Assembly (NCBI GenBank): GCA_964019335.1
Contig: OZ025707.1
Coordinates: 434,001 to 498,000, forward strand
DNA from: Diplonema japonicum
Taxonomy: Eukaryota > Protista > Euglenozoa: Diplonemea
Direction of reading: 5' to 3'
DNA length: 64,000 nt
The notes under the pieces were generated by a model. It was not told the origin of the DNA. It ran no database searches and was given only the letters and a program-made list of their open reading frames with translations. The number at the start of each line of letters is the position of its first letter. Position 1 is the first letter of the stretch. Below are positions 45,813 to 55,108 of this stretch, piece after piece. The position numbers and the translations under genes are program-made.

Positions 45813-45826
45813 TTACCCTACTGATG
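45667..45826 (+). rRNA. Isolated LSU rRNA fragment (peptidyl-transferase region, helices ~89-93), probably a pseudogene
   Basis: TTTTTGATCCTTCGATGTCGGCTCTTCCTAACCTAG...GGATTGTTCACCCAC...GAGCTGGGTTTAGACCGTCGTGAGACAGGTTGGTTTTACCCTACTGATG; ~17 conserved nt are missing after ATAACTGGCTTGT. Confidence 0.92.
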
Positions 45827-46585
45827 GAGAGAGAGCCCATCGGGCCAGCGTATCTCAACAGCAATATGGGGTTTAAAAAAAGAAAAAGAATGGGGGGAAA
45901 AGAAAAATGGAAAGAAGAAAAGAGGAGAAAGAGAAAAAAAAGGGGGGGGGCTCTTTATTTCATTCCCCTTCCTCGTATTTTTGAAACAGTCTTCTTTTGG
46001 GAAGGCGATGGGGAGAGAGAGCCAACCCCATGTGTGTACGGCTTCTGCTACTTTTCTTTCTTTTTTTTTTGTTTCAATTCATATTCCTTTCTTCTCCCTC
46101 CCATCCCCCGGGCTTTTTTTTCTTATTTCCTCGATGAATTAAAACGGCCTTTGTTCTCTTCCGGCTTACCCTTGCCTTTACTGGGGCAAGGGTTCCCCCC
46201 CCCCCTTTTTTTTAAAATAAATGGTCTGGGGAAGAAAAAAGAAGAAGAAAAATAAAAGAAAACACTTTGTTTGCATCCTTCTCAAGCCCCTTGCACGCTA
46301 TTATATTACTTTTTTTTTTTTTTTTTTTACAACTATTTTGGGGGACCCGCCATATCTGAAGGCGACCATTTTTCAGATCAAAAAGCACGCCCCACAGTGA
46401 GTTGTCTGTTGTAACTAAAAAACAGCTATTTGCCTTGGATTACAATAATTGAAGAAGAAAAGGGGGGGGAAATTCCTCCAAGGTGCGAACAATTGGGGGG
46501 AGGGAAAGGGGGAGGGGGGGATATTTTGCTCCTTTTTTTTTTCTCGAGAGAGAAAATAATTTAACATATCATGTCTCTAAAACCC

Positions 46586-46625
<40 letters not shown>

Positions 46626-46720
46626 GAAACGGGAATGAGCTGCACAAAGGTACTGCAAGGATGATGAAATGAGAATTCGTTTTTAGAAATATCCACTGAA
46701 AGGCACCTCTCTTTCTTTGA

Positions 46721-46920
46721 NNNNNNNNNNNNNNNNNNNNNNNNNNNNNNNNNNNNNNNNNNNNNNNNNNNNNNNNNNNNNNNNNNNNNNNNNNNNNNNN
46801 NNNNNNNNNNNNNNNNNNNNNNNNNNNNNNNNNNNNNNNNNNNNNNNNNNNNNNNNNNNNNNNNNNNNNNNNNNNNNNNNNNNNNNNNNNNNNNNNNNNN
46901 NNNNNNNNNNNNNNNNNNNN
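46721..46920. other. Assembly gap (200 N)
   Basis: Run of n. Confidence 1.
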
Positions 46921-47013
46921 CCCCAGGTGAAAGGGAATTAAAAAAAGGGGGGGGGGAATACCAGCGAAGAAGCGGAAGACTAGTGTAAAGTGGGGGGGGG
47001 GGGGGGGGGGGGG

Positions 47014-47190
47014 GGGCTATGCTGGCAAGAAACGGGGAAACGTTTCCGTTTTCCGTTTCCTTATTTTTCTTGATACTTTTCAGAGGAAACGTGTTCCCCT
47101 TAAGGAAACGGCGCTAAAAAAAAAGAAACGTTTCCTTATTTTCAAAAAAAAAAATGCTTGGAAACACGTTTCCTTGCCAGCATAGCCCTG
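47014..47190. mobile_element. ~175-bp MITE, hAT-like
   Basis: TIR GGGCTATGCTGGCAAG(-)AAACG / CGTTTCCTTGCCAGCATAGCCCTG (right end reads CAGGG on the minus strand). Many internal GGAAACG/CGTTTCC motifs; poly-G on both flanks. Confidence 0.8.
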
Positions 47191-47704
47191 GGGGGGGGGG
47201 GGGGGGGGGGCAATTCAGGTTGTAAAGATATAGGTAAAAAAAAGAGAAATAAGAAAAATGGTTTTCCATTTTATCAGAATCACCCCTTCTATTTTTCAAA
47301 AAGAAAAAAAGAGAAGGAAAAAAAAAAAAAATCCGCTGCGACAGCTTACGTTTGGGAAGAGAGCAAAGGGGAGGGAGGGGGGAGGTTTGTTTTTTGTTTT
47401 CTTTGTTTTTTTTTATATTTGTGTTGAAAGGGGTCAATCGGGCTTCAAATGCCTTATGGATATGGAGCCCAATTTTTTTTTCTTTTTTTTTTTATTGTGT
47501 GTTTTTTTTTTTCTTCATTTTTTTTCACCCCCCCACTCCCCTCCTCTGCCCATCAACGCGAGAGCTTTCTGTCTTATGAAGTTTTATTCTGTTTTTTACA
47601 CATAAAAACACAAGTTTCTTACCAACCATCACCACAGTGGCAACACACACACAAAAAAAAGAAAAAAGATAAGAAAAGAAGGAATATGAGACAAAAGGGA
47701 AGAA

Positions 47705-50700
47705 ATGGGAAGCGAAAAGTACAGGGTAGCAGAGGTGACAACGTACAATGCTTCATTCCTGAGCCCGATCGATGATTGCTTGGGGAAGTGTTCCTTGCAG
47801 AAGGTCACTAAGGGTTTCAGTCCTCAGTGGAGTGGCGATGTAAACCGTAAGAAGCTAAAGGAGCTCGCTGTTCTAGTGGGGGTTGGTGGCGAGTGGCGTG
47901 ACCCACCCGCCTCCAAAACAGTAATCAGGTCTTACAAATCTATCACGCTGCCCGCCAAAGCCGGTTACATTAAAGGGCTTCCCAGAATGAAACAAGGAAG
48001 GAAGAAGCGTGGGGCTGCCCGCCCTCCTTCCGCGAAAATAACGTACAGGATGGAGCCTGTCACCGTCAGCAACATCCCCTACATCCCTGTGGTCAATGAA
48101 CAGTTAAGGGGGAAGCTCCCTTCCAGACCGCAGTCTGCATCTGCACAGCAGCCGCCGCCGCCACCAGTGGGCATCGATTTCAACGCCACGACACCGGTCA
48201 CCAACGTCGTCCCTTCGTTGTCCTGTGTTAAAAAGCACTTCTACGGTTCCATTGCGGCTGGTTTCAAGATCCCTGCGGCTGACGTACCGGGGCCTTCGTG
48301 GGAATCCCTTGACTACCAGCCTCCTCAGCTTTCTGGCAGCCTTGCTAAAGACCCGACGCTCACCTACTCCACTGGCCCGGTCGCTACTCTGTCCGACCGT
48401 GTCAAGGCCGAGAAGGACAAGAAGCGGTTTGTGTTCTCCGAAGATGATAACAAGACTGAAGAGAAAGAAGTAGGAGAGGGCAAGGAATGGGAGCCCACGA
48501 CGAACAAGCGGGAGGTGAACAAGAATGTTCAAGAGGCGCACCCCCCTGCGCTCCGTAATTCGTTCTCTTTGAAGAAACGGCTGCCCCACGCGGGGACAAA
48601 GGGGCGAAAGGGGTCGCCATCAGACGTGTTCGGGTTCTGGGAAGACAACTTGCCGTCCACTGTGCCTGAGATGCCCCTTGCGGATAACGTGCATGTTTCA
48701 CCCCCCGCGTCTCCTGCTTCTCCGGCGGTCCCCCTCGCACCTCTCGAGCCTGTACCACATCTCCAAAAAGATATCCCCCCTGTCCCCAGTCTTGTCTCTG
48801 CTCCCGCTCCTGTTCTAATCCACGTCCCCACCCCCCTTCCAGTACCCGATCCTGTTCCTATTGTTGTCTCTGAGCCTGATCCGCAGTCTGAAGCAGAGTT
48901 TGCACCGCCAGAGGTTGCTGAGGAGAAGGTGGTCACCCCGATCGCCATCCCTCAGGTCAGCTTCACCCAGGCAAGCCCTTTGCTTTCCATGATGACATGC
49001 ACCTGCACAATCACAGCTGCCCTCAATCTAGTCGTTTTTTCACTCCCCAGCCCCTCCCCGGTCATAACTGCCCCTGACTTGGAGGTTATACCTGCTGACG
49101 ATTCTGAAGCCGCATCATGTGAGCAGGACGTGAATCCTGATGACCTTGAAATCAGTGCGTTAGAGATCTCGGACTTGGAAGAAGACATAGTAACCATTCC
49201 CACTTCTCCTGCTTTCGGGGACTTCTGCGACAGTGTGCCTGTGTTGGTCTTGGCTGCTGCAGTGTGCCAGTCCAATGTGATCACGCGGTGCGGCTCCTTT
49301 GGGATTATGAACAACTCTTGCAGTTTGATAGACTCTGTTTCCCTTATCTTGGACGAGCAAGGAAGCAGGAGCAGCGCCAGCACTCCCAAGGCAGAGTCCT
49401 TGCTACCACCGGGTCTTGCCGTGAAGCGCGACAGCATGGAATCGATAGCATTGTCGCACACGTCGCACACAACGGACGCGACCACCAGCAGCATCTCCGC
49501 CTACTGCTTCGTACCACGAACGCGGTCCAGGAAGTCCATCCCCACCATCCCAAAGAAGAAGAGTTTGCGCAGCCCGAAGTCCCGCCGTATGAAGCGGAAC
49601 ACAACCCCGGACATCACCAGCACAGTCTCTGAGTCTACGACAAACCTTCTGTCCTTGGCCGCGGCTGTGAAGGAGATGAAGCGCCACACGGTCAACACAT
49701 TGAGCCTGATCCCACCTGTTTCATCTTTCTCGTCCCCTCCTCCATCTGTAATGGGGTCCCCCCTTTCCCCGAAAGCGAGTTGCAAGGGATTTGGGAAGGC
49801 AGCGCCGCAGCAGCACACCTTTGCAGCACGAATTATCAAAGCAAAAATACTTGGGGGCATGGCGGCTATTGCAGCCTCAGAGATGAGCCCGCCAATGAGC
49901 GTCGCGAGGCACAAGGTCGACCCTGACGCGATATCGGTGAGGGTGGTGGAGAAGCCCAGGAAGGGTGTTGCTCCGTTGGACGAAAAGAAGAAACGTGCTG
50001 CGGTGGTGATCGGTGTGGCGGAGACTGTCGACGTGCGTATGCCGTGCAGCAAAGGAATAGAGAGAGATGTGGAACAGGTGGCGAACGCACTGCACAGCAT
50101 AGGGTTCAGGGTGCTGCTCTACCACACCGGACTGGAGTCAAGGCTGCCCACGAAAGTGAACATCTTGGATGGAATACGTGAAGCTGCTGTGGGCGTAGAC
50201 ACGGTGTTAGTTTTCTACCAGGGCTTGACGCACGTTGGGCACCTTCAGCAGCAGCTCTGCTCATACAACGAGGAGGTCGATACGTACCTGTTCACCCAAG
50301 ACACGCTGCTCGGACCCAACATGACAGCGGAGGAGAATTACCTGACACTGCGAGACCTTCAGGGCACAGGGAGCAACCTTGTCTATGTTGATGCCACAAG
50401 CATCATGCAGGGCTGCCTGGGGTCCTCTCTTGTACACGGTGTTGCACACGCAGACTGCCCAAAGTCTATCGGAGGCCGCATCAACGGAAGATACGAGTTG
50501 GCTCACAGACATCTAATGTCATATTACTTTGTGAAAGGCTGTCAGGGGAGTGCCCTTAGGGATAGGGTGCTCACCCCGAACTCGCTGAACGTTTACTTGG
50601 CAAAAAAGCTGAAGGCGAGAGGTATTGAAGTGTCAACGAATTCATCAAGCCTGAAGATAGGCGACCTGGTGCTGGCGGACAAGACCGATTACGGTACACG

Positions 50701-51871
50701 ATGTGACAAGACAACATGCAGCAACAGGAAGCTTATCGCGAAGGACGTCAAGGCTTGGGTGAAGATCACATTCAGAGTAGACAGAAGGAACCATGATGCC
50801 ACGCTGACCGGCTTCACCAGCAATCTACTCAAGCAGCTGGACAGGGTGGCGAAGGCAAGGCTGCCGCTGACAAAGAGAAAGATGTCTTCAAGACGTGGAT
50901 CAAAAATGGGGTTGGAAGTAAACAAGGCAACTATTTCAGACTTTGGCGTTGGACTCTTGAGCATCGTGGCCGATGCTGTGCTGTATGTTGTGTTGCAGGG
51001 CGATCCTTGGGTGGATGCAGTGTCCAGCACAGACAGGCTCCCACGGCAGTATGAGTTCGAGTCCATGATCAGAGATCTTGCTTCGAACCCCCCCCGCCCC
51101 AACGTTGTTATGACGCTGCAGCAAGGCAAGCTTGTGGCTTTGATCTCCGCACATTCTGAGGACAACGCATTCGAGATCAAGCAAGGCCTGAAGCGGGGGA
51201 AGCCCGTGTCAGGCGGCTTCATTGTGGTTGACATTCTGGAGCACATCACTGTATCGCTGTCAACGACTGATTACTGCGCGCACAAGATCGACAGGGCTTG
51301 TCGTAGCGGGGAGTTGTCTCAGTTCGGAGAGATAGCTTTTTTTGGATGCGGTGTGTCGCCTGTGGATTGCAACTATGAGCGGGACATCGCCGCGTTATTC
51401 ATACAGGCCTTCTCCACCGGCTGCAAGACCCGCAAGAAGTTCAAACCACGCATGGCATTGGCTTTGGAAGACTTGCAGTCACGATACCATGTGACACAGG
51501 AGGAGGAAGGCTGTCTTAAAGACATCGCCCTCGATATGTACAACGACAAGATTCTGATGCTCGTCAACGAAGAGGATACCCTGCGATGGGACAAGATCAC
51601 GTGGGAGCGTGAAGAGAGAAGCGATATCCATAGCAGAGTCAGCCGGGTTCTCTTTGCTGCCGAGGATCGGGTCCGAGCCTGCAACGCATCGCAAGAGCAC
51701 CTTGAATTCAAAGAGGCTCTCCTGAGATGGCACGTGGAGGCTACTCGTCTTGTCGGTTTGAAACACTTACGACAGCACCACCGCCTCGTCACCACCTTCC
51801 ACACCAGCCGTGACAAGATCGAGCGGCAGGAAGTCGCCGGCTTCTCGGCTCTTAAAAGCACAATCCTTTAA
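47705..51871 (+). CDS. 1388-aa protein with a Pro/Ser-rich N-half, an inactive caspase-like (C14) domain and an IQ-like motif
   Basis: RAAVVIGV...RDVEQVANAL..IGF.V...PTKVNIL..I.......DTVLVFYQG...YLFTQD...LVYVDA matches the metacaspase/orthocaspase layout; AALFIQAF..G..TRK is IQ-like. Confidence 0.7.
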   Translation: MGSEKYRVAEVTTYNASFLSPIDDCLGKCSLQKVTKGFSPQWSGDVNRKKLKELAVLVGVGGEWRDPPASKTVIRSYKSITLPAKAGYIKGLPRMKQGRKKRGAARPPSAKITYRMEPVTVSNIPYIPVVNEQLRGKLPSRPQSASAQQPPPPPVGIDFNATTPVTNVVPSLSCVKKHFYGSIAAGFKIPAADVPGPSWESLDYQPPQLSGSLAKDPTLTYSTGPVATLSDRVKAEKDKKRFVFSEDDNKTEEKEVGEGKEWEPTTNKREVNKNVQEAHPPALRNSFSLKKRLPHAGTKGRKGSPSDVFGFWEDNLPSTVPEMPLADNVHVSPPASPASPAVPLAPLEPVPHLQKDIPPVPSLVSAPAPVLIHVPTPLPVPDPVPIVVSEPDPQSEAEFAPPEVAEEKVVTPIAIPQVSFTQASPLLSMMTCTCTITAALNLVVFSLPSPSPVITAPDLEVIPADDSEAASCEQDVNPDDLEISALEISDLEEDIVTIPTSPAFGDFCDSVPVLVLAAAVCQSNVITRCGSFGIMNNSCSLIDSVSLILDEQGSRSSASTPKAESLLPPGLAVKRDSMESIALSHTSHTTDATTSSISAYCFVPRTRSRKSIPTIPKKKSLRSPKSRRMKRNTTPDITSTVSESTTNLLSLAAAVKEMKRHTVNTLSLIPPVSSFSSPPPSVMGSPLSPKASCKGFGKAAPQQHTFAARIIKAKILGGMAAIAASEMSPPMSVARHKVDPDAISVRVVEKPRKGVAPLDEKKKRAAVVIGVAETVDVRMPCSKGIERDVEQVANALHSIGFRVLLYHTGLESRLPTKVNILDGIREAAVGVDTVLVFYQGLTHVGHLQQQLCSYNEEVDTYLFTQDTLLGPNMTAEENYLTLRDLQGTGSNLVYVDATSIMQGCLGSSLVHGVAHADCPKSIGGRINGRYELAHRHLMSYYFVKGCQGSALRDRVLTPNSLNVYLAKKLKARGIEVSTNSSSLKIGDLVLADKTDYGTRCDKTTCSNRKLIAKDVKAWVKITFRVDRRNHDATLTGFTSNLLKQLDRVAKARLPLTKRKMSSRRGSKMGLEVNKATISDFGVGLLSIVADAVLYVVLQGDPWVDAVSSTDRLPRQYEFESMIRDLASNPPRPNVVMTLQQGKLVALISAHSEDNAFEIKQGLKRGKPVSGGFIVVDILEHITVSLSTTDYCAHKIDRACRSGELSQFGEIAFFGCGVSPVDCNYERDIAALFIQAFSTGCKTRKKFKPRMALALEDLQSRYHVTQEEEGCLKDIALDMYNDKILMLVNEEDTLRWDKITWEREERSDIHSRVSRVLFAAEDRVRACNASQEHLEFKEALLRWHVEATRLVGLKHLRQHHRLVTTFHTSRDKIERQEVAGFSALKSTIL

Positions 51872-52006
51872 CAGGGATTTCTCTTTCTTCTTCTTCTTCT
51901 TCTTCCTTCTAAGCACAATTAAAGTATCCCCCTATTTTTTTTTTTGAACGTCGTTCAGCGAGTAAAGCATAGTTTTTTTCAACCACACCTTAGCAGGGCG
52001 GCAGTT

Positions 52007-54363
52007 ATGACCGCAGCGCACGTCAGGGCGAACTGGCCTATGGACCCGCGAGTGGCACAGCTGGAGGAAGGGATGAGGTATGAGAGGCACAGAGAGTACG
52101 GGGATGACTCCGGTGTGGACAAGCTGGTGATGCTGTCAACGACAAAGAAGGGCGCGAAGGACACCGGCCCGAGGGGAACAAACCGTGAGAGGGGATTCTA
52201 CCAAGGGCCCTACAGCCCTAACTCGACGAGAAAATCGCCACGATCGACACCTGTGCGGCTCGGGTCACGCCACGCTGTGACCCGCAGGGGGTACAGCGAT
52301 GTGATATCAGACACTTCATCGAGAAGGGGCACGCCAACGAGGCGAAGAGACTCCATGCGGTCGGGGTCTGTAGGGGTGATCGAGGACCAGGACTTCTCCG
52401 AGGTGGACCCTATCGTTGCCATCCGCAGATTGCTGGAGCTTTCCAAGGTGACGGGAGCGAAGAATTTTGTGTCGCATCTCTGCTGCGCGCTTGCTGACGA
52501 CCTGGGCACCATGGACACCATCATGGAGGTGAGGAAGTTCCTGCACTTCGAGCGGACAAGAAGAAACCGCGTGATCCCCCCCCCTGAAGGATGGGAGACA
52601 GTGCGCGCTGCTCTTGTGGAATTCCATGGCACCATCAGAGCAGCCTTCACGAACATGTGCGCAGGTAGGAGAGGCGGTGTCATGAGCAGCCCGGAGCTTC
52701 ACCGTGGGATGATCACAGTTGAAATGCCGCACGTTACGGAATGCATCTTGAATGCTGTGTGCCCCGAGCAGACCATCGCGCCCGACGACATTTTCATCGA
52801 TTTTGAAGAGTTCATGTGGATCATGAATGGTTGTGGGGATCAAGGCTCCCCGCCCCCTGCCTCCCCTCGTGTCATGAAAGACGTCGCCGCGACCGCACAG
52901 ATTGAAACCCCCGAGTCCCCCAAAGAGCACACGCCCGTGAAAGAGGTGAGAGTCGAGGCGAAACCTGATAAGTCCGAAAAAGAAAAAAACGATGTGGTCG
53001 CGAACCTTGAGGCTAGACTTGCCCAGCTGGAAGCGGCCTCCAGCAGAGCGAACACCTCACCGCCGCCTGAGCTTCCCTCTGTTCCGCGCTCCCCATCAAC
53101 GAAGAACGTTGAGGCCGTAAAATCTCCCATCACCTCAGACCCCGGGAAGAAAACCTTCCCGCAGCTTGTCTCTGTGTGGGGGGACACCGACATCTCCTCT
53201 ATGAACAAACGCAGCAGCAGCCCCGACCCGCCGAAGTCCCCAACGTACTACAAGGTATGCAAACTGACCTGTCAAGCCACGTTGCAGTCGCCATCGATGA
53301 GACCAGCGACACCCACAAGAAGGGGCAGCACAGCAAGCATCTCTGGCAGCGTGCGATACACGACACCCCCCAAATCCTTGCCACCAGGGAGGCTGCCCGA
53401 TGACGTATGCAATATGAAAAAACAACAAAAAATATTTTATTACCGAACACAGTTCGAAGGTGTGTACCCTGCGAAGATCCCAGTGGGGGGGGCCACCTAC
53501 GTCTCGAGGGTCCCGGCACCGAACCACTCATTTGTGAGGCCGCCCAGCCCGACGGCGTCTGTGAGGTCTGCGCGGGGGTACCATGGTCCTGTTTCGCCGG
53601 TGTCGCCAAAAAGCCCTTCTTGGCGTCCTGCAAGCCCCTCTTCGTCTCGCCCGGTCAGCCCTGGACGCTCTGGTCATGGAAGGACATTCTCGATGGGCTC
53701 CTTCGACGGGTCCGTCTCACGCATCTCGTCTAGTATCAAGAGTATGTTAAAATGAGTGTTACGAATATACTTTCTCAGGTCCCGTGAGGCCAAGGGGTTC
53801 GAGTGTGACGAAGCACCCGGGGGTGGTGATGCCGCCACGGTCGCGCCCGCCTGTGACGAGTGCTTTTGATGACGCTGACACGCAGAGTCAGAGCGGGACC
53901 TACCCCTACCAGAGGGCGTCTTCGGAGGTGGTTGCTACGCCGACACATCACTTTGCACACCAGCCCGGTAGTCCGAGCTCGTTCAAGAAGCCGCCTGGTG
54001 CTAGGGTATGATAAATCAGTGAGCCATTAGAAATTCCAACAACAGAGAAACTCGATTGCTAGCTCGGTGGCGTCGAACACTGTGTCAAAGGGGCCACGTC
54101 CTGACCCCCCGTCCTCTTCTTCCTCAGATGAGGTTATCGAAGCCAACCCAACTGAAGCTTCGTCCCCGAGACATGCGGGTCCGGGGGGCAGCCCCACCAT
54201 GGTACCTGCATCGCCTACTGACAGGTCCCTCAGCCCTGGTAACAGCTTGGGTATGAGAATATGAAAAGGAAAAGAATAAAAATAAACAGCTTCGTCTGCA
54301 TCTGTCAAAGCCGCGCCGAGGAAACCAGAAAAATTGCCGCCGCCCCCGTTCAATGAGGGGTAG
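52007..54363 (+). CDS. Ser/Pro-rich protein with a degenerate EF-hand pair; exons 52007-53741, 53779-54005, 54031(or 54046)-54250, 54290-54363
   Basis: Introns 53742-53778, 54006-54030/54045 and 54251-54289 chain ORFs 51944, 53784 and 54067 in frame. AAF..M.....GVMS..EL and IDFEEF are EF-hand-like. Confidence 0.7.
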
Positions 54364-54593
54364 AAGGATGTTGTCGAGTTAAATTTGTAGAGGGGGAAAA
54401 AAGAAATTAAGCAGACGACAAAAAAATAAGTAGTAGTAGTTGCTTATATTTAATTATTCAGCTCTCCCTTTTACTCTTCCCCCGCAGTAAGATAAGATTT
54501 TTTTTTGAAGCAACAGAAGAAAGAGGAAATAAAGAAATTAGGTACGAAGTTCGTCTGCTCTTCGGGAAGAGAAGGGGGAAAAGAAATATAATT

Positions 54594-54643
54594 GATGAGA
54601 ACAAGGGGGCGTCTCACAAAGACTTCCTTTAACTCATATATAT
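54594..54643 (+). mobile_element. 5'-truncated copy of module B between 8-bp direct repeats (putative retroposed copy)
   Basis: 50 nt identical to 41748-41797; ATATAATT at 54586-54593 and 54642-54649. Confidence 0.65.
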
Positions 54644-55108
54644 ATAATTTCTTTGTTGATATCTTTCCAAACTAAGCAGTTGTTGGCTTTCCTCAATAAG
54701 AAATCAAAATGTATAGTCCTTACCCTCCCCCCGCCCCTTTACTTTTTCTCACCTGTGTGCGCCCTTTTTATTTTTTTCCTTTCTGCCACATACATTCTCT
54801 TCATATGAAATCCCACCTTTGTACCGTGTCCCAGCACCCCCTCCAGTATCTTGTCTTTTTTTTCCCTTCACCATCCCCCTCTTTTTTTGTTGCCTATCTG
54901 TCATCTTTGACGGTGCGTGATCTGGAAAAAAAAAAAGGAATGAAAATGAAAGAAAGAAAGCATCCTCAGAGCAGTTTTCTTGTTTTTTGTGTGTGTTAGT
55001 TTCCCTTGTTTTTCTTATATCTCCCATTTGTCTCTTGTTCCCCTTGTTGCTATTTTTTCCCCCTCTTCACAATTTAACACTGCCCCTCATATACGGGCAG
55101 GCTTCACA

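Noticed and set aside
46661-46720. Box C (ATGATGA) and CTGA as a C/D snoRNA
   Set aside because: It runs into the assembly gap, with no terminal stem or identifiable guide target; insufficient to call.
45827-46720. Continuation of an rDNA unit (small LSU fragments) after the rRNA piece
   Set aside because: No sarcin-ricin loop (AGTACGAGAGGAAC) or other conserved 3' LSU motifs found; the sequence looks like ordinary spacer.
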